Assembly: GCA_002269645.1 (NCBI GenBank)
Contig: NIVC01002486.1
Span: 1 to 40,849, forward strand
Origin: Macrostomum lignano
Lineage: Eukaryota
Length of the DNA: 40,849 bases
Direction of reading: 5' to 3'
The translations under genes were made by a program, and so were the position numbers. Below the pieces are notes generated by a model. That model was not told where the DNA came from. It did not search any database and saw nothing but the letters and a program-made list of their open reading frames with translations. Of this stretch, positions 26,774 to 39,190 are shown one piece after another; position 1 is the stretch's first letter, and every line of letters starts with the position of its first letter.

Positions 26774-29570
26774 ATGAACTCGCAGGCGCAAAAGCAATCT
26801 GGAAGCAGGATTGCAGCGGCTGTTAAAAGTGGCGGAATCCGCTTCTGTCAGTCCAGCTCTCTTCGTGGCGTTGGTCGGCTTACAAAGACTGACAAGCCAC
26901 TGCTAATGGTAGTGTGGCTAGTATTTGTACTAACCATGCTAGCGTTTATGGTGGCCGCGGTGACTAGTCTGGTGCAGAGGTAGGCTTTGTACCTTTAAGC
27001 CTTCATTTTTCGTAATTATCACTTTATTGCAGCGATAATTGAGCCCCAGCAAAAGAATAATGTAATAAAGACGAATCTGCTTCTATAGTAGTAGAATTTG
27101 GATTCGATAATCACTAATAATTCCTGTACCCCATACATCAGATACCTGCGCTACGAAACCACCATAATGTCGACAATCCACACTAACTCACCGACCGAGT
27201 TTCCCAGCACAACACTGTGCCTGCTACATCCTTTTCCTGACAGAGTTCGGCAACTCTGGCAGAGCAAAATGTCCGAGTTTTCGCCAAGGAAGATGAATAA
27301 GTAACTAGCTATGGCTGTAGAAACATGCCATTTACTATTCGACTTTTTACTTTTCAAGCAGTGAAATTTATAATTTTAAGTAGACATCGCAATGCTACCG
27401 AAATCCTTTTTGCAATTGTAGTCGCTTAAGGCAGCAGGTCGACAAACTGATACAGGCCTCGGAGCTGTCAAAGGCGAGCGTTCTAAGCCACTACGACAAG
27501 CGCAGTATGTACTATCAAAGTCTGGACCCAGACATGGCCCTAGAGTTCGGATACCAGATGGACGAGGCACTGATGGCTATGATGACTGTGCAGGGAAACG
27601 TAGCTTGCATTGGGGTGAGCACTGAGCAATGAGCAGTAGTTTGCAAGATTCAGAGGAACATAAGAATTATCAATGATGCTCTTTAAATAGTGTATTAAAA
27701 GTACCTCCGATTTAGATACTCGCAAGTTAGACGTTAGAGTTCGTAGCGAACGTGTGGCTTTTGCGTTAGTAACAACTCACACCATTTACGATCCGATGTT
27801 TGTCCCGTGACTATCTCTCAATTCCATAAAGCAATACGACTGCGTTTCGAATCCGGTACAAAAGTGACAACCAGCACGTGGAGTCATCCAGACTATTTTA
27901 ACTGTTTTACTCTAAACATCGAGGGCGATTCAACCGGTGTGGACTCGTTAACCGTAGTGATTAGTATTGGCAAACAGCCGCAGCACACCGGGCCGCATAC
28001 AGCGTTTGTCCAGGATGTGTTTGAGCAGGCCTGGGGCGTCTTAGGCGCTGTCCACGAAGCCGGACAATACCCGAGTATAAAAAGGCACTCTGTGTATCTA
28101 CAGAATGGCAAGCTAAACGAGGTACGAGCGTATGCACCATTCCTCTGAGTTGTTAGTATTGCGTACATCATTTAATATTAACCTCATTTATATAAAAAAC
28201 AACTTTATATTAAAAAATCGGTCAATCACAGCTGAAATTCGAGGCAGTTCGGCACGAACTAACAGCCACACCGGTGCGTCCGTGCATCAATAACGCCGGA
28301 GAGCACAAGCGGGGTCGTCTGCGCGACCTTGATTTAGTAGTGGATTATAGTCACGAAAAATGCGTCGAATCGGCAGCGGCTAGGGTAATAGAAGAGCACT
28401 GCCGCTGCCTGCCAGCGTGGCTGATGAGGCGAGTGCGGCCAGGTCAGGTGCCCTACTGCGGAGACTTGCGGCAGGGTGTGGACAGTATATTTGAGCGACT
28501 TGATTGCTTGGGTGAGGAACACACTCATTGGGCTGAGGACCTTGTACGAAGCTACGGACTCAGGGGAACTATAAACTAACTTTAGCCCAGCAAATTCCGT
28601 TGAACAGGGACAACACATGAAGAGGCTAAAGAAAAATTCTTAGCAAAAGCGATTAAGAGTTAGTTTCGTATAATTAATTACGCACCTTAAGTGAAGTGCA
28701 TTTGAAATTGTTAGTTTGAAAATGTTTGACTTTGGATTTGAATGCTAGAAAATGGTTTATACCTGTTTCAATAAAATCTGTATGAGCCAATGAAACTAAT
28801 CAACAATAGCAAACCAGGCCCCAATAAGACTAGAAATAGGATTCTTTTCTATAAGATTTTTAAGTTTATTGCGTCTTCTGTGCCAAATTACAGAGCGAAT
28901 TATTCCAATGCTGGCGACAGATGCATCCTCGGCAAGCAGCCAGTGCCCCGAGCGTTGCAGCCGTATTGAATACCGAGCCGCGGTGTCGCAGACGGACTGG
29001 CTAGTTAGCCGCTGGCAAATGCTGCGTATGGTGCAACAGCATGCCTTGTGGAATAGAGTCTACCAACACATGGAGCGCATTAAGTTAAATAAGAATGCCA
29101 CAAACGCGAGTTCCACCATTAGAAGGCTAAAGAATTATTTCACTCGACGGGACATTGACAACCTGACTGATGTGTCCCCAGACGATGACACGCTAGGCCG
29201 CTGGGCTCAGCTGGCCGGAGAGCTGCAGGGTCACGGAGCAGGGTCCGGGAACAAGGACGAAAGCGGAGATCATCAATTTGTATTCTTGCGAGTTCGACGC
29301 ACCACAGGAGACGCCACGGAGACGCGCAAGGAGACATTGACTCTGAATTTCTATAGCCTTGTATGCCAGATTGGAGGTGTCTGCAGCATCACGCTGGGTC
29401 TCAGTTGCGCTTTTGTTGTAGAGCTGTTCGAGTGGCTGTACATTAGCGTCACAGGCAGTCAAGCAAGAAATAGAAAACCTGGTGAAGAGGCGCCACAGGC
29501 CGCTGCTATCACTACTGATGTCCCACCAGCTAGGAAGGATAAAGAAGCTAACGCCCCTGATGCTGTGTGA
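26774..29570 (+). CDS. DEG/ENaC (amiloride-sensitive sodium channel family) subunit
   Basis: Exons: 26774-26979, 27142-27300, 27422-~27620, ~27830-28122, 28232-28511, 28894-29570. The exon 3/4 junction is unresolved and an upstream exon is possible. Motifs: TM1 LLMVVWLVFVLTMLAFMVAAV, FPSTTLC, FNCFTLN, Cys-rich YSHEKC...EHCRC...YC...CPERC, and TM2 LVCQIGGVCSITLGLSCAFVVELFE. Confidence 0.88.
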
Positions 29571-30262
29571 AACATAGTAAAGTCGACGACATTGAGAAAT
29601 CAATGACGTTTGTCATGTCAGTGTTTAAAACATTCGCTTCAACTTGCATAGTTTTTGCTTTTAAATCTGTATAATTTTGGCTCTACATAGCACTTTATTT
29701 TACGTCGGATAGACGCACAGTCGCACAAATATTTATTCGAATTTTCCCATTTTGATACTGATACTGATGATACACGTTCCATTTAGCTACATAAGAGCAC
29801 TGCTTTCTGCCTATTTCTAGCATACAAGTGTATTTACTCGCATAATTTATGCTCTACAGAGAAAACCTTCGAATTTTTAATAATTTTCAACTGCATGAAA
29901 ATGGCTTTCTAGCTTTGGACCTTATTGATTTGATTATTATCGCTATTGTCGAGCTTTTATTACTACAGTAGTAACCTCCGAATATTTTCGGTTTTTCTGA
30001 TTGATTTTAAGCTTACGCTTTTAAGCACGGTACAAATGAAACTAATTAATTGTTGTCTTAGCATTGTATCATGTCAAGTTAAACAACATCACTTTTCGCA
30101 AACGGCAATTAATTTTAGGGCTATTTTTAAAGCCAAACATAAAATTCGAATGTCTTAAAGAATAAGTTAAATTTATTTATTTTACTAATCGTGTTACGGT
30201 AAAGAACAAATTAAATGAAAAGCAGACTAAACCGTACTTTTAACTTGTCACGCCTGTATTAC

Positions 30263-30472
30263 TACACATTTTCACGTTCAATTCTGATCAAAGTCCAGTT
30301 CCAAAAAAACTAGCGGAAATTCAATTCAGACTGAGGATAATTTTGTCTATGGCTAAACCTTACTTCAGTTAGAATGTCTTGAGCTGGGGTTAGACTGGGT
30401 CCAAGTCTAAATTGAATTTCCGCTAGTTTTTTAGAACTGGACTTTGATCAAAATCGAACGTGAAAAGGTGTA
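30263..30472. mobile_element. Palindromic MITE, ~70-bp inverted arms, TA-flanked (Tc1/mariner/Stowaway-like)
   Basis: TACACATTTTCACGTTCAATTCTGATCAAAGTCCAGTT...CTAGCGGAAATTCAATT pairs with AATTGAATTTCCGCTAG...AACTGGACTTTGATCAAAATCGAACGTGAAAAGGTGTA. Confidence 0.82.
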
Positions 30473-31989
30473 TTACAAATATTACGTAACGCTGATTCCA
30501 AGAAATGTACACAGATAAACATTACATTGATTTTTAAGGAAGCAAATACCTGACCGAAAATTGCACAAAAAGTTTTATGCCACACATGCATAGTTCAGAA
30601 TATTGTTTGAAGTTAAAACTCGATGCAGCATAGATAAATATATAAAACTATTTCATAATGCTATACATAATACAGAGCAGTTCAACTGAGCAAGATTTTG
30701 CGTTAGATAGTTGTTTAGACATGCAGTTTAGCCACAGTGCATCCTACTGACAGAGTAGACAGTTAATATTTTGTTAGTAGGTTGTTATGTGTTAATGCAA
30801 ACGATCAGGTTCTTTAATTATAATTTATTATCTACTTCCTCTCGTACTACAGTGTATTCCGAGGGTAAATTTCCGTATGTTGTCATGAGGTACGGTGTGG
30901 AATCCAATGACACTATTTTTATGCTTAGTAACTATTTTTTGATCCTCAATATCTAAAAAATTGATTTACAGCATGAGGGAGTCGATGAGTTACAACCGCG
31001 TCTCTCATAAGAGTACATAAAGTGATCAGCACAGTAATATAACTTAATTAATAACTGCACATAATTTGGCTGCACTAAGTGCAGAAATTGACTGCATAGC
31101 GAATAAAGCGTCACAGATTACTTTGATTACTGCATATTGGTTTAGTGCGAAGCTTTTAAAGAATAAAGCTGCTTCTTATTGTTGACAACAATAAAAATGC
31201 AGCTCAACTGTTAAACCAATTGAGTTTTTACACCATGAGATTGTATATATGCATAATTGTTCATGCAAGCGCAGACAACAGTGCTGGAACGAGTGAATCC
31301 TTTTTATATCGGCCGTTTTGAGATCCTTGGAACACGTTCTAGCATTTTAACGATAGACAACATTTTTAGATTTTAACTTATACTTATATATATTATACTA
31401 AAGGCGAATTCTAATTTGTCTAAATATTGATCAACATTTCTAAGCGGAAATTTAAAAAATACAGGATTTTTAAAACAACGAGCAAACATCAAAGGAATAC
31501 TGAGTCTTTTTCCATTGAAACCGTTTTATACTACTGACTTAAAATATTGTCTCTAGCTAGTGACTAAGTTTGTTATCTACTCAATAATTTAAGAGCCACA
31601 TGTTTCTGATGTCTAAACTGAAATACGTTCGAACTGAATTGACGCAGCCCACATAAGAGAAATCTTTTTAAAAGTTATTTTAATCGCGAAGGATATTTCT
31701 GAAGGTCAGTCGGGCTGGCGATCAATAAGAAATCCATTGGAGTTGATGCTTAATTCTTGGAGAACTATTTCAGGCGACCATCAAAGAGAAAGGAACTTAC
31801 CCCTGTTTGGTTACAAGAATAGAGCTCTAGGTTTCTTGGAAAAACCGACTTTATATTCCTACTAGTTAAACACGTTAAAAGTTAATAAATGCTTGTGTCA
31901 TAAAGCTATCTTTTTCACAACTCTGGCTAAATATTGACTGCCATTTGTTGAATAGGCAAAAGTTTTCAATGTTCAATTGAATCCATCAA

Positions 31990-34900
31990 TCATTGATAAT
32001 ATGGCGGCTGCCCAAACGACGGCCAATTACTGGCAAACTGACCAAAACTATGGCTGAACTGTGGAAGCGAGCGACCCTGCTGCTGCTGTTGTTGTTGTTG
32101 CTGCTGTTGTTGCTGTTGTTGTTGTTGCTGTTGCTGCTGTTGTTGTTGTTGCTGTTGAGCGGCCATAATTTGCTGTTGCTGACGCTGAAGTAAAAGATGA
32201 TGCTGCTGTTGCTGATGCAGCTGTACCTGATTGAGATTGATTTGACTATTGCTATAGGCAGCTAAAGGCGCAGATGCAGAGCTAACAGCACCAGTAGAGT
32301 ATACTGAATGCTGTTGCTGATTTTGCTGATGAGGCCAAGCTGCTGCGGCTGCAGCTGCGGCCAATGCAGCCGATGGTGACAAGTGAACATCCAGACTACT
32401 ACTACTGCTTGGCACTGTCGGCTGTGTCTGCTTCTCTAACCTTTGTTGACGCTGCCGTTGAGGCATAGCTTGTTGCTGAGGCGTTGGAGGCGGCGAAGGA
32501 ATTAATGGCTGCAGCTTTTGCTGTTGGTGCTGCTGAGTAATCGAGTGGCTCAGAGTCTGCTGCTGCTGCTTTTGCTGAGACTGATTAAGAGTGGAAAATG
32601 ACGATAAATCTTGTTTCTGTTGCTTCTGCTGCGACTGTTGCGTACTTTGATAGATACTTGAAGCTTGCTGCACTGACTTAAAGGCATCAAACAGCGACTG
32701 TTGCGACTGTTGCTTAGCTAAGTTAGCCTTGGATTGTTGCTGCGATTTCGATGTCTGAGCCAATTGATTTGAAGGCTTATGCATCTGCGTTGTCTGCAGT
32801 TGAGATGGGAAACTTAGCGGTGCTGATGGCTGAAGGTTAGCGACTTGCTGCATTGGCTGATATGCATTACTGAGCCGCTGTGGAATTTGTTGAGACTTGA
32901 AGATTTCTTGAGATGGCGAATGCACAGGATCATAAACACGTTTGGACGGCGGTTGCTCAGGCCTTGAGACCTGTGGTGGTGCCGGTTGCTGAGGCCTTGA
33001 GACCTGTGGTGATGCTGGTTGTTGAAGACTTGAGACCCGTGGCGGTGTCGGTTGCTGAGGTTGCTGAGGTCTTGAGACCTGTGATGGTGTCGGTTGCTGC
33101 GATCTTGAAACCTGTGATGGTGTCGGTTGCTGAGGCCTTGAGACCTGTGATGGTGTCGGTTGCTGAGGCCTTGAGACCTGTGATGGTGTCGGTTGCTGAG
33201 GCCTTGAGACCTGTGATGGTGTCGGTTGCTGCGATCTTGAAACCTGTGATGGTGTTGGTTGCTGAGGCCTTGAGACCTGTGATGGTGTTGGTTGCTGAGG
33301 CCTTGAGACCTGTGATAGTATCGGTTGCTGAGACCTTGAGACCTGTGGTGGTGTCGGTTGCTGAGGTCTTGAGACCTGTGATGGTGTCGGTTGCTGAGGT
33401 CTTGAGACCTGTGATGGCGTCGGTTGCTGAGGCCTTGAGACCTGTGATGGTGTCGGTTGCTGAGGCCTTGAGATTTGTGGTGGTGTCGGTTGCTGAGGCC
33501 TTGAGATTTGTGGTGGTGTTGGTTGCTGAAGACTTGAGACTTGTGGGGTGTTGGTTGTTGAAGACTTGAGACTTGTGGTGGTGTCGGTTCCCGAGGCCTT
33601 GCGACCTGTGGTGTTGGTTGCTGCGTGGTGACTTGGTGCTGCAGTGCTTGCTGAGGCTTGTCTTGTTGCAGCCGTTGTTGAAGTTTGGAGACGGGCAGCA
33701 GATGCTGCGACTGTTGCTGAGAGCTGTAAAGCCCATGTATTAACATTAGCATAGTTGTGTTACTATAAAAATCTGAACTAAAACTTCAAATATTTTATGC
33801 GGAAACAGTACTGCTATTAGTACGTTAGTTTTTGTTGGCATCTTGTCTCAATCTTGTGCTCTGCTCTGTTAGGAGAAAATGTTAGGAATTAAAACAAAGT
33901 ACATGTGTATACAAACAGGATTTAACAATCAGCTATAAATTGCAGTCGCTGGCTGAATACAGAAAATCTTCTAGCACCTCCTGCTAACTAAACAGGAAAA
34001 ATACAACTTTAGCGGCCGCTACTCTCACTTGAAGTTGGACTTGTCTCTTGGCTCGGCCTTGCAGGCACCGGTAGCAGAGGCCTGCTGCTGCTGCTGCTGT
34101 CGCTGCTGCTGAGACTGCTCGCGCTTGGCTTGGCTTGGCTTGGATTTCAGCATCGGCCTGATTATGCTCATCAACTTCCTGTAAACAAGCAGCCAGTCAG
34201 TATGATCAACTCCATAGCAAAGCTTGATAAAGCTTACATTCTGAAAGAGATTTCTAAATTGTCTTTCCTAAAATTTGCGATAAAAATTCCGGCTAAAATT
34301 AGGATTATGGGATAGACTAAAACTATGATTCTCTGAATCCATAAAATCGAGATCCCAAAATGCCTTAGGTAGAGATCCTAGTCCCTAGAATTTCGAGATC
34401 CCGAAATCCCTGAAATCGAGATTTCAAAATCCCTGAAATCGAGATCCCAAAATCCCTGAACTCAGGATCGAAAAATCTCTTAAATCGAGATACGAAAATC
34501 CCTAAATTCGGGATAAAAAATCCCTAAAGTCGAGATCCCAAAATCCCTAAATTCGCGATAAAAAATTATTTAAGTCGAGATCCCAAATCTCTAAATTCGG
34601 GATAAAAAATTACTGAAGTCGAGATTCCAAAATGCCTTAGGTGGAGATCCCGAAATCCCTGAAATTTGAGATCCCGAAATCCCTGAAATTCTAGATCACG
34701 AAATCCCTAAAATTGAGATCCTAAAGTCCTTAAGGATCCTAAATCATAAAGTCCTCAAGCTTGAACTCGAAATCCCAAAATTCCTAAATTTGGGATCCAA
34801 AAATCTCTGAAATCGAGATCCCGAAATCCCTGAAATTCTAGATCACGAAATCCCTGAAATTCTAGATCACGAAATCCCTAAAATTGAGATCCTAAAGTCC

Positions 34901-37900
34901 TTAAGGATCCTAAATCATAAAGTCCTCAAGCTTGAACTCGAAATCCCAAAATTCCTAAATTTGGGATCCAAAAATCTCTGAAATCGAGATCCCAAAATCC
35001 CTGAAATCGAGATCCCAAAATCCCTGAATTCGGCATCCAAAAATTCCTAAAGTGAGATCCCGAAATACCTAAAATTCAAGATCCCAAAATCCCCAAATTC
35101 TAATTCCAAAAAGCTCTAAAGTCGAGATCCCAAAATCCCAAAAGCTGCTTACACAACGTTCTCCAAGCAAAACAAAACTCACATGCAGCTCATCCAATCA
35201 GCTGGCCACAGCGGCACCAATTGCTTCTCAGCAAACTCTTTAATCGCATCCTCCCGCTCGCTCTCTTTGATCCGCTGGCTGGCCAAAGCTTCCAGTTTAA
35301 TCCTGGCCGCCCGGTTCAACAGCTCCGTGGACTTCTGGCACCAGACGAAGTTTCGACGCGGTTGCGGGCCCGGCGGCTTGCCGGCAACCGACGGCGAAGG
35401 CGGCGGCCTGCCCTCAGCCGTCGCGGCAGCCGCGGCCGCGTCGTTCTGCTGTCGCCAAGCGTCTATTCGCTCCCTGTAGAGCCGAGTCTCCTTAGCGTGC
35501 CTGGCCAGCTGTTCAGGCATAGCCGATTGCACTAATTCGCGCAGTCGGGTTAGCAGCACTTGCAACTGGGACTCGCTGCGATTCTCGCGCAGTTTTAATA
35601 TTTTACGGCGCAGGCTAACCTTTGTGGCCAGGCCCAGGTGACCGGCCAGGTGGCTGTAGACTGCGTTGCATTGGGCCGAGGGCAGACCAGACCTGACGGG
35701 CGGGAGCGTTTAAATAGTAGTCAATGCTTAAGTAGCTGACACCTTTGAAGGGTAGCTGAAACTTTTTTTAATCTGACACTTTTGAGGTGTAGCTGACACT
35801 TTTGGAGGGTAGCTGACACTTTAGGAGTGTAGCTGACACTTTTGGGGTGTAGCTGACACTTCTGGAGTGTAGCTGACACTTTTGGAGGGTAGCTGACACT
35901 TTTGGGGTGTAGCTGACACTTCTGGAGTGTAGCTGATACTTTTGGAGTGTAGCTGACACTTTTGGTGTAGCTGACACTTCTGGAGAGTAGCTGACACTTA
36001 TGGAGAGTAGCTGACACTTTTGGAGGGTAGCTGACACTTTAGAGTATAGCTGACACTTTAGAGTATAGCCGACACTTTTGGAAGGTAGCTGAAACTTTTG
36101 GAGTGTAGCTGACACTTTTGGAGGGAGCTGACACTTTTGGAGTGTAGCTGACACTTTTGAAGTGTAGCTGACACTTTTAGAGTGTAGCTGACACTTTTGG
36201 AGGGTAGCTGACACTTAAGAGGTAGCTGACAGCCTGACAGGTTAGAGTGTAGCTGACACTTTTGGAGTCATGACCATAACGTTCAATCAATCATAACGGA
36301 TCAAAGCCTAACCGAAGAAAGTCGTCCAAGGCCAGCCAATCAGAAGCGAGGTCATTGCTAGCAAACAATTGCGACAATTTTCCACCGCCAGCATTGGCCG
36401 AAGCAGCAGACGAGGATTTCCTCTTAGCCTCCTTAATCCGATCGACAATCTGCAGAATTGGTGGCGGCAGATTTGGCGGCAGATTGGGCACCGCCTCATC
36501 GGGTTTAGCCTGGTTAGGCAGTTTGGACTGCTGCTGCTGCTGCTGAGCTGAACTTTTTCATTGCCCAACACTACGGAATCAAATATAGAGTCGAGAGACG
36601 GCTTCAACGGATTGACGTTGGCGGCTGGCTTAGCTGGAGACGGAGAGTCTGCCAGAACCCTGTCGATGATGTGATCGATAGATCGAATTGGTTGAGCAGG
36701 ATTCTGCGAGGCCGCCGCCTGTTGCTGAACAGTAGCTGGAGGTTTCAACGGAGTGACAGAACCTGTCATCTGAAGGTCAACAGCAGCCGTTGCGTTAGCC
36801 GCAGCTGTAGTAGTTTTCTGTCGCCTATGCGCTTTAGTCAAAGTTTTAACTGCTTTGGACACTAAGTCCCTTCGGCCGGGCGACATCTTCGACTTGGACT
36901 TGTTGGCGCCGCCGCCAAACAGCGAGGGTCGATCCGGAAGGAGCTGCTGCTGATGCTTGCGACGCTTCTTAGCAACACCCGCTGAGCTGTCCGCTGACGA
37001 GGACGAGGAAGCAGACGAGGAAGAAGATGATGAGGAAGAAGCAGAAGAATCTCGTCGGCGTTTCTTTGAAGCGGCATCGGCATCGGCGGCCGCGGGACGG
37101 GCGGCGCCGGATGGCGTGCTGCCGTCAGCACTAGCGGTCCTTCAATAACAATGTCTGACGCGTTGTCTGTAGTGACCTGCGATTGAAATAGGCTGCTCTT
37201 TAATCCCACACCCGATTCTCAATCTCACACCATTTATATTCTCAATCCCACACTCCAGATTCTCAATCCCACACCCCAGATTCTCAATCCCACACCATTT
37301 ATATTCTCAATCCCACACTCCAGATTCTCAATCCCACACCCAGATTCTCAATCCCACACCCAGATTCTCAATCCCACACTCCAGATTCTCAATCCCACAC
37401 CCCAGATTCTCAATCCCACACCCCAGATTCTCAATCCCACATTCCAGATTCTCAATCCCACACCCCAGATTCTCAATCCCACACCCCAGATTCTCAATCC
37501 CACATTCCAGATTCTCAATCCCACATTCCAGATTCTCAATCTCATACCTCTTAGATTCTCAATCCCACACCCCAGATTCTCAATCCCACACCCCAGATTC
37601 TCAATCCCACACCCCAGATTCTCAATCCCACACCCCAGATTCTCAATCCCACACCCCAGATTCTCAATCCCACATTCCAGATTCTCAATCTCATACCTCT
37701 TAGATTCTCAATTCCACACCCTACTTGTAGATTCTCAATCCCACGCCCCAGATTCTTAATCCCACACTCCAGATTCTCAATCCCACATCCAGATTCTCAA
37801 TCCCATACCCCAGATTCTCAATCCACACCCTAGATTCTCAATCCACACCCCAGATTCTCAATCCCACACACCAGATTCTCAATCCCACACCCCAGATTCT

Positions 37901-38813
37901 CAATCTCATACCTCTTAGATTCTCAATTCCACACCTTACTTGTAGATTCTTAATCCCACACCTTTCAGATTCTCAATCCCACACCCCAGATTCTCAATCC
38001 CACACCCCAGATTCTCAATCCCACACCCCAGATTCTCAATCCCACACCCTAGATTCTCAATCCCACACCCCATTCGCTAGCAATCAGCCCCTAGCATTCG
38101 CACCTCCAAGTCGCCCTGATTAATATAGAAGCCGCCGAGCTTGGGCTTCTGATTCGGCAGCACCATCAGTTCTCGAGCGTCGCCATCGTCAATGAAAGAA
38201 TCCTCAGAGTCGTAGCCCTCACCCGGGTCCATGTAGTCTTGGACGCAGATTCTTCGCTGCCTGCGACCGCCTTTGCTGACGTACACCTGGGGACCGTATC
38301 TGGACAATCGGAGGAAATTTAATACAGTGATTAATGATGAAAAGTAATAAGACTATTTTATGTTTCTTGCCTAGTGTTACTCTTTTGGATTTCTTACCTA
38401 GCCTCGAGACTCTGAGCAATTGACCGAAGTCTGTCATCCTCTGCGCTATCGACAGCAGCGAATGGATCAGCTGAGCCATTGTTATTACCATTGCTGCTGC
38501 CACCGCCGTTGTGCAGCGGCAAAGGTTCCGCCGGCTGACTGGGTTTAGTTGAAGCAGCCTTGCCGATAAGATCTAGGAATGAATATTCGTACCGTCTGTG
38601 CTCATCATCGTTGAGCTCGCCATCGGGAAACAGTTTGATTTCGACTCGATAGGCAAAATCTGATTTACTGTCGCTGGACTTGGGAAATTTGCTTTTGGAA
38701 GAAGCCGGCTGACATTTCTGCTGTTGCTGCTGCTGCTGCTGCGAGGACAACGCGGATGCTCCAGTTGTGGAAGCCAGGGTCTCAAAGTCCACGCGCCTCG
38801 GTCGAGCAGCCAT
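31990..38813 (-). CDS. UBN1: Ubinuclein (HIRA complex H3.3 chaperone subunit, Hpc2/UBN1/UBN2 family); 6 coding exons; three apparent -1 frameshifts
   Basis: Exons: 38813-38398, 38299-38104, 37176-36313, 35692-35183, 34178-34029, 33723-31990. HRD/HUN motif GYDSEDSFIDD...GGFYINQGDLE. Middle-domain motifs LPPNLPPPILQIVDRIKEA, AVYSHLAGH, AMPEQL, PRRNFVW and LVPLWPADWM. The C-terminus is Q/P-rich. UBN1 versus UBN2 cannot be resolved. Confidence 0.88.
32955..33600 (-). repeat. Coding 30-bp tandem repeat (QQPTP[S/P]QVSRP, ~20 copies) in the last ubinuclein exon
   Basis: Unit CCTCAGCAACCGACACCATCACAGGTCTCAAGG. The Q/P frame continues into the 31990-32925 ORF. Confidence 0.85.
34355..35140. repeat. 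Intronic minisatellite, ~22-bp degenerate unit (GAGATCCCAAAATCCCTGAAATC)
   Basis: Tandem units with higher-order duplication (~34680-34830 vs ~34850-35000). Confidence 0.92.
35730..36270. repeat. Intronic minisatellite, ~20-bp unit (GTAGCTGACACTTTTGGAGT)
   Basis: Direct tandem array. Confidence 0.96.
37200..38072. repeat. Intronic minisatellite, 21-bp unit (GATTCTCAATCCCACACCCCA)
   Basis: The array fills almost all of ubinuclein intron 2. Confidence 0.97.
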
Positions 38814-39043
38814 TTATTATTATTAATAACTGGTCAACCAGCCAATGACAATACACTGGATATGCTTAGTCAATAAGGAACTGTAAATTAGGAATAACGC
38901 AAATTAAATTTACGCAAATTTCTTTTGACAACACCCATATTGCTTACAGATTGTATGTGCATGCTTAAGATATAAAAACAAAACTATATACAAGTATATT
39001 AGTGTGGTAGGGTGGGTATTTCAAGCTGTTGTGTTGACTATAC

Positions 39044-39190
39044 CAGGCACATAGCCAGAAATTTTCTTTGGATGGAGGGGAAAGCTGCCTCTAGGGAGGG
39101 AAAGATATACTAGAAAAAGACTTCAAAAAAACTTTTTGGCTCTTTCAAGGGATAAATACCCCCTCCCCATGCCCTTGGACTATACATATT
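39044..39190. mobile_element. Possible heavily decayed hAT-like MITE remnant
   Basis: Starts CAGGCACATAGCCAG, i.e. CAGGCGCGTAGCCAG-like with CpG converted to CpA. It has G-rich and C-rich inner blocks and ends CTTGGACTATACAT. No convincing TSD. Confidence 0.35.

Noticed and set aside
27362-27421. Apparent premature TAG (27381-27383) in the DEG/ENaC gene
   Set aside because: A downstream acceptor (TTGTAG|27422) has the right phase and avoids the stop, so no lesion is needed.
32913-33569. Plus-strand (VAEALRPVMVS)n ORF and poly-Leu ORF at 31993-32193
   Set aside because: Antisense shadows of the ubinuclein Q/P repeat and poly-Q.
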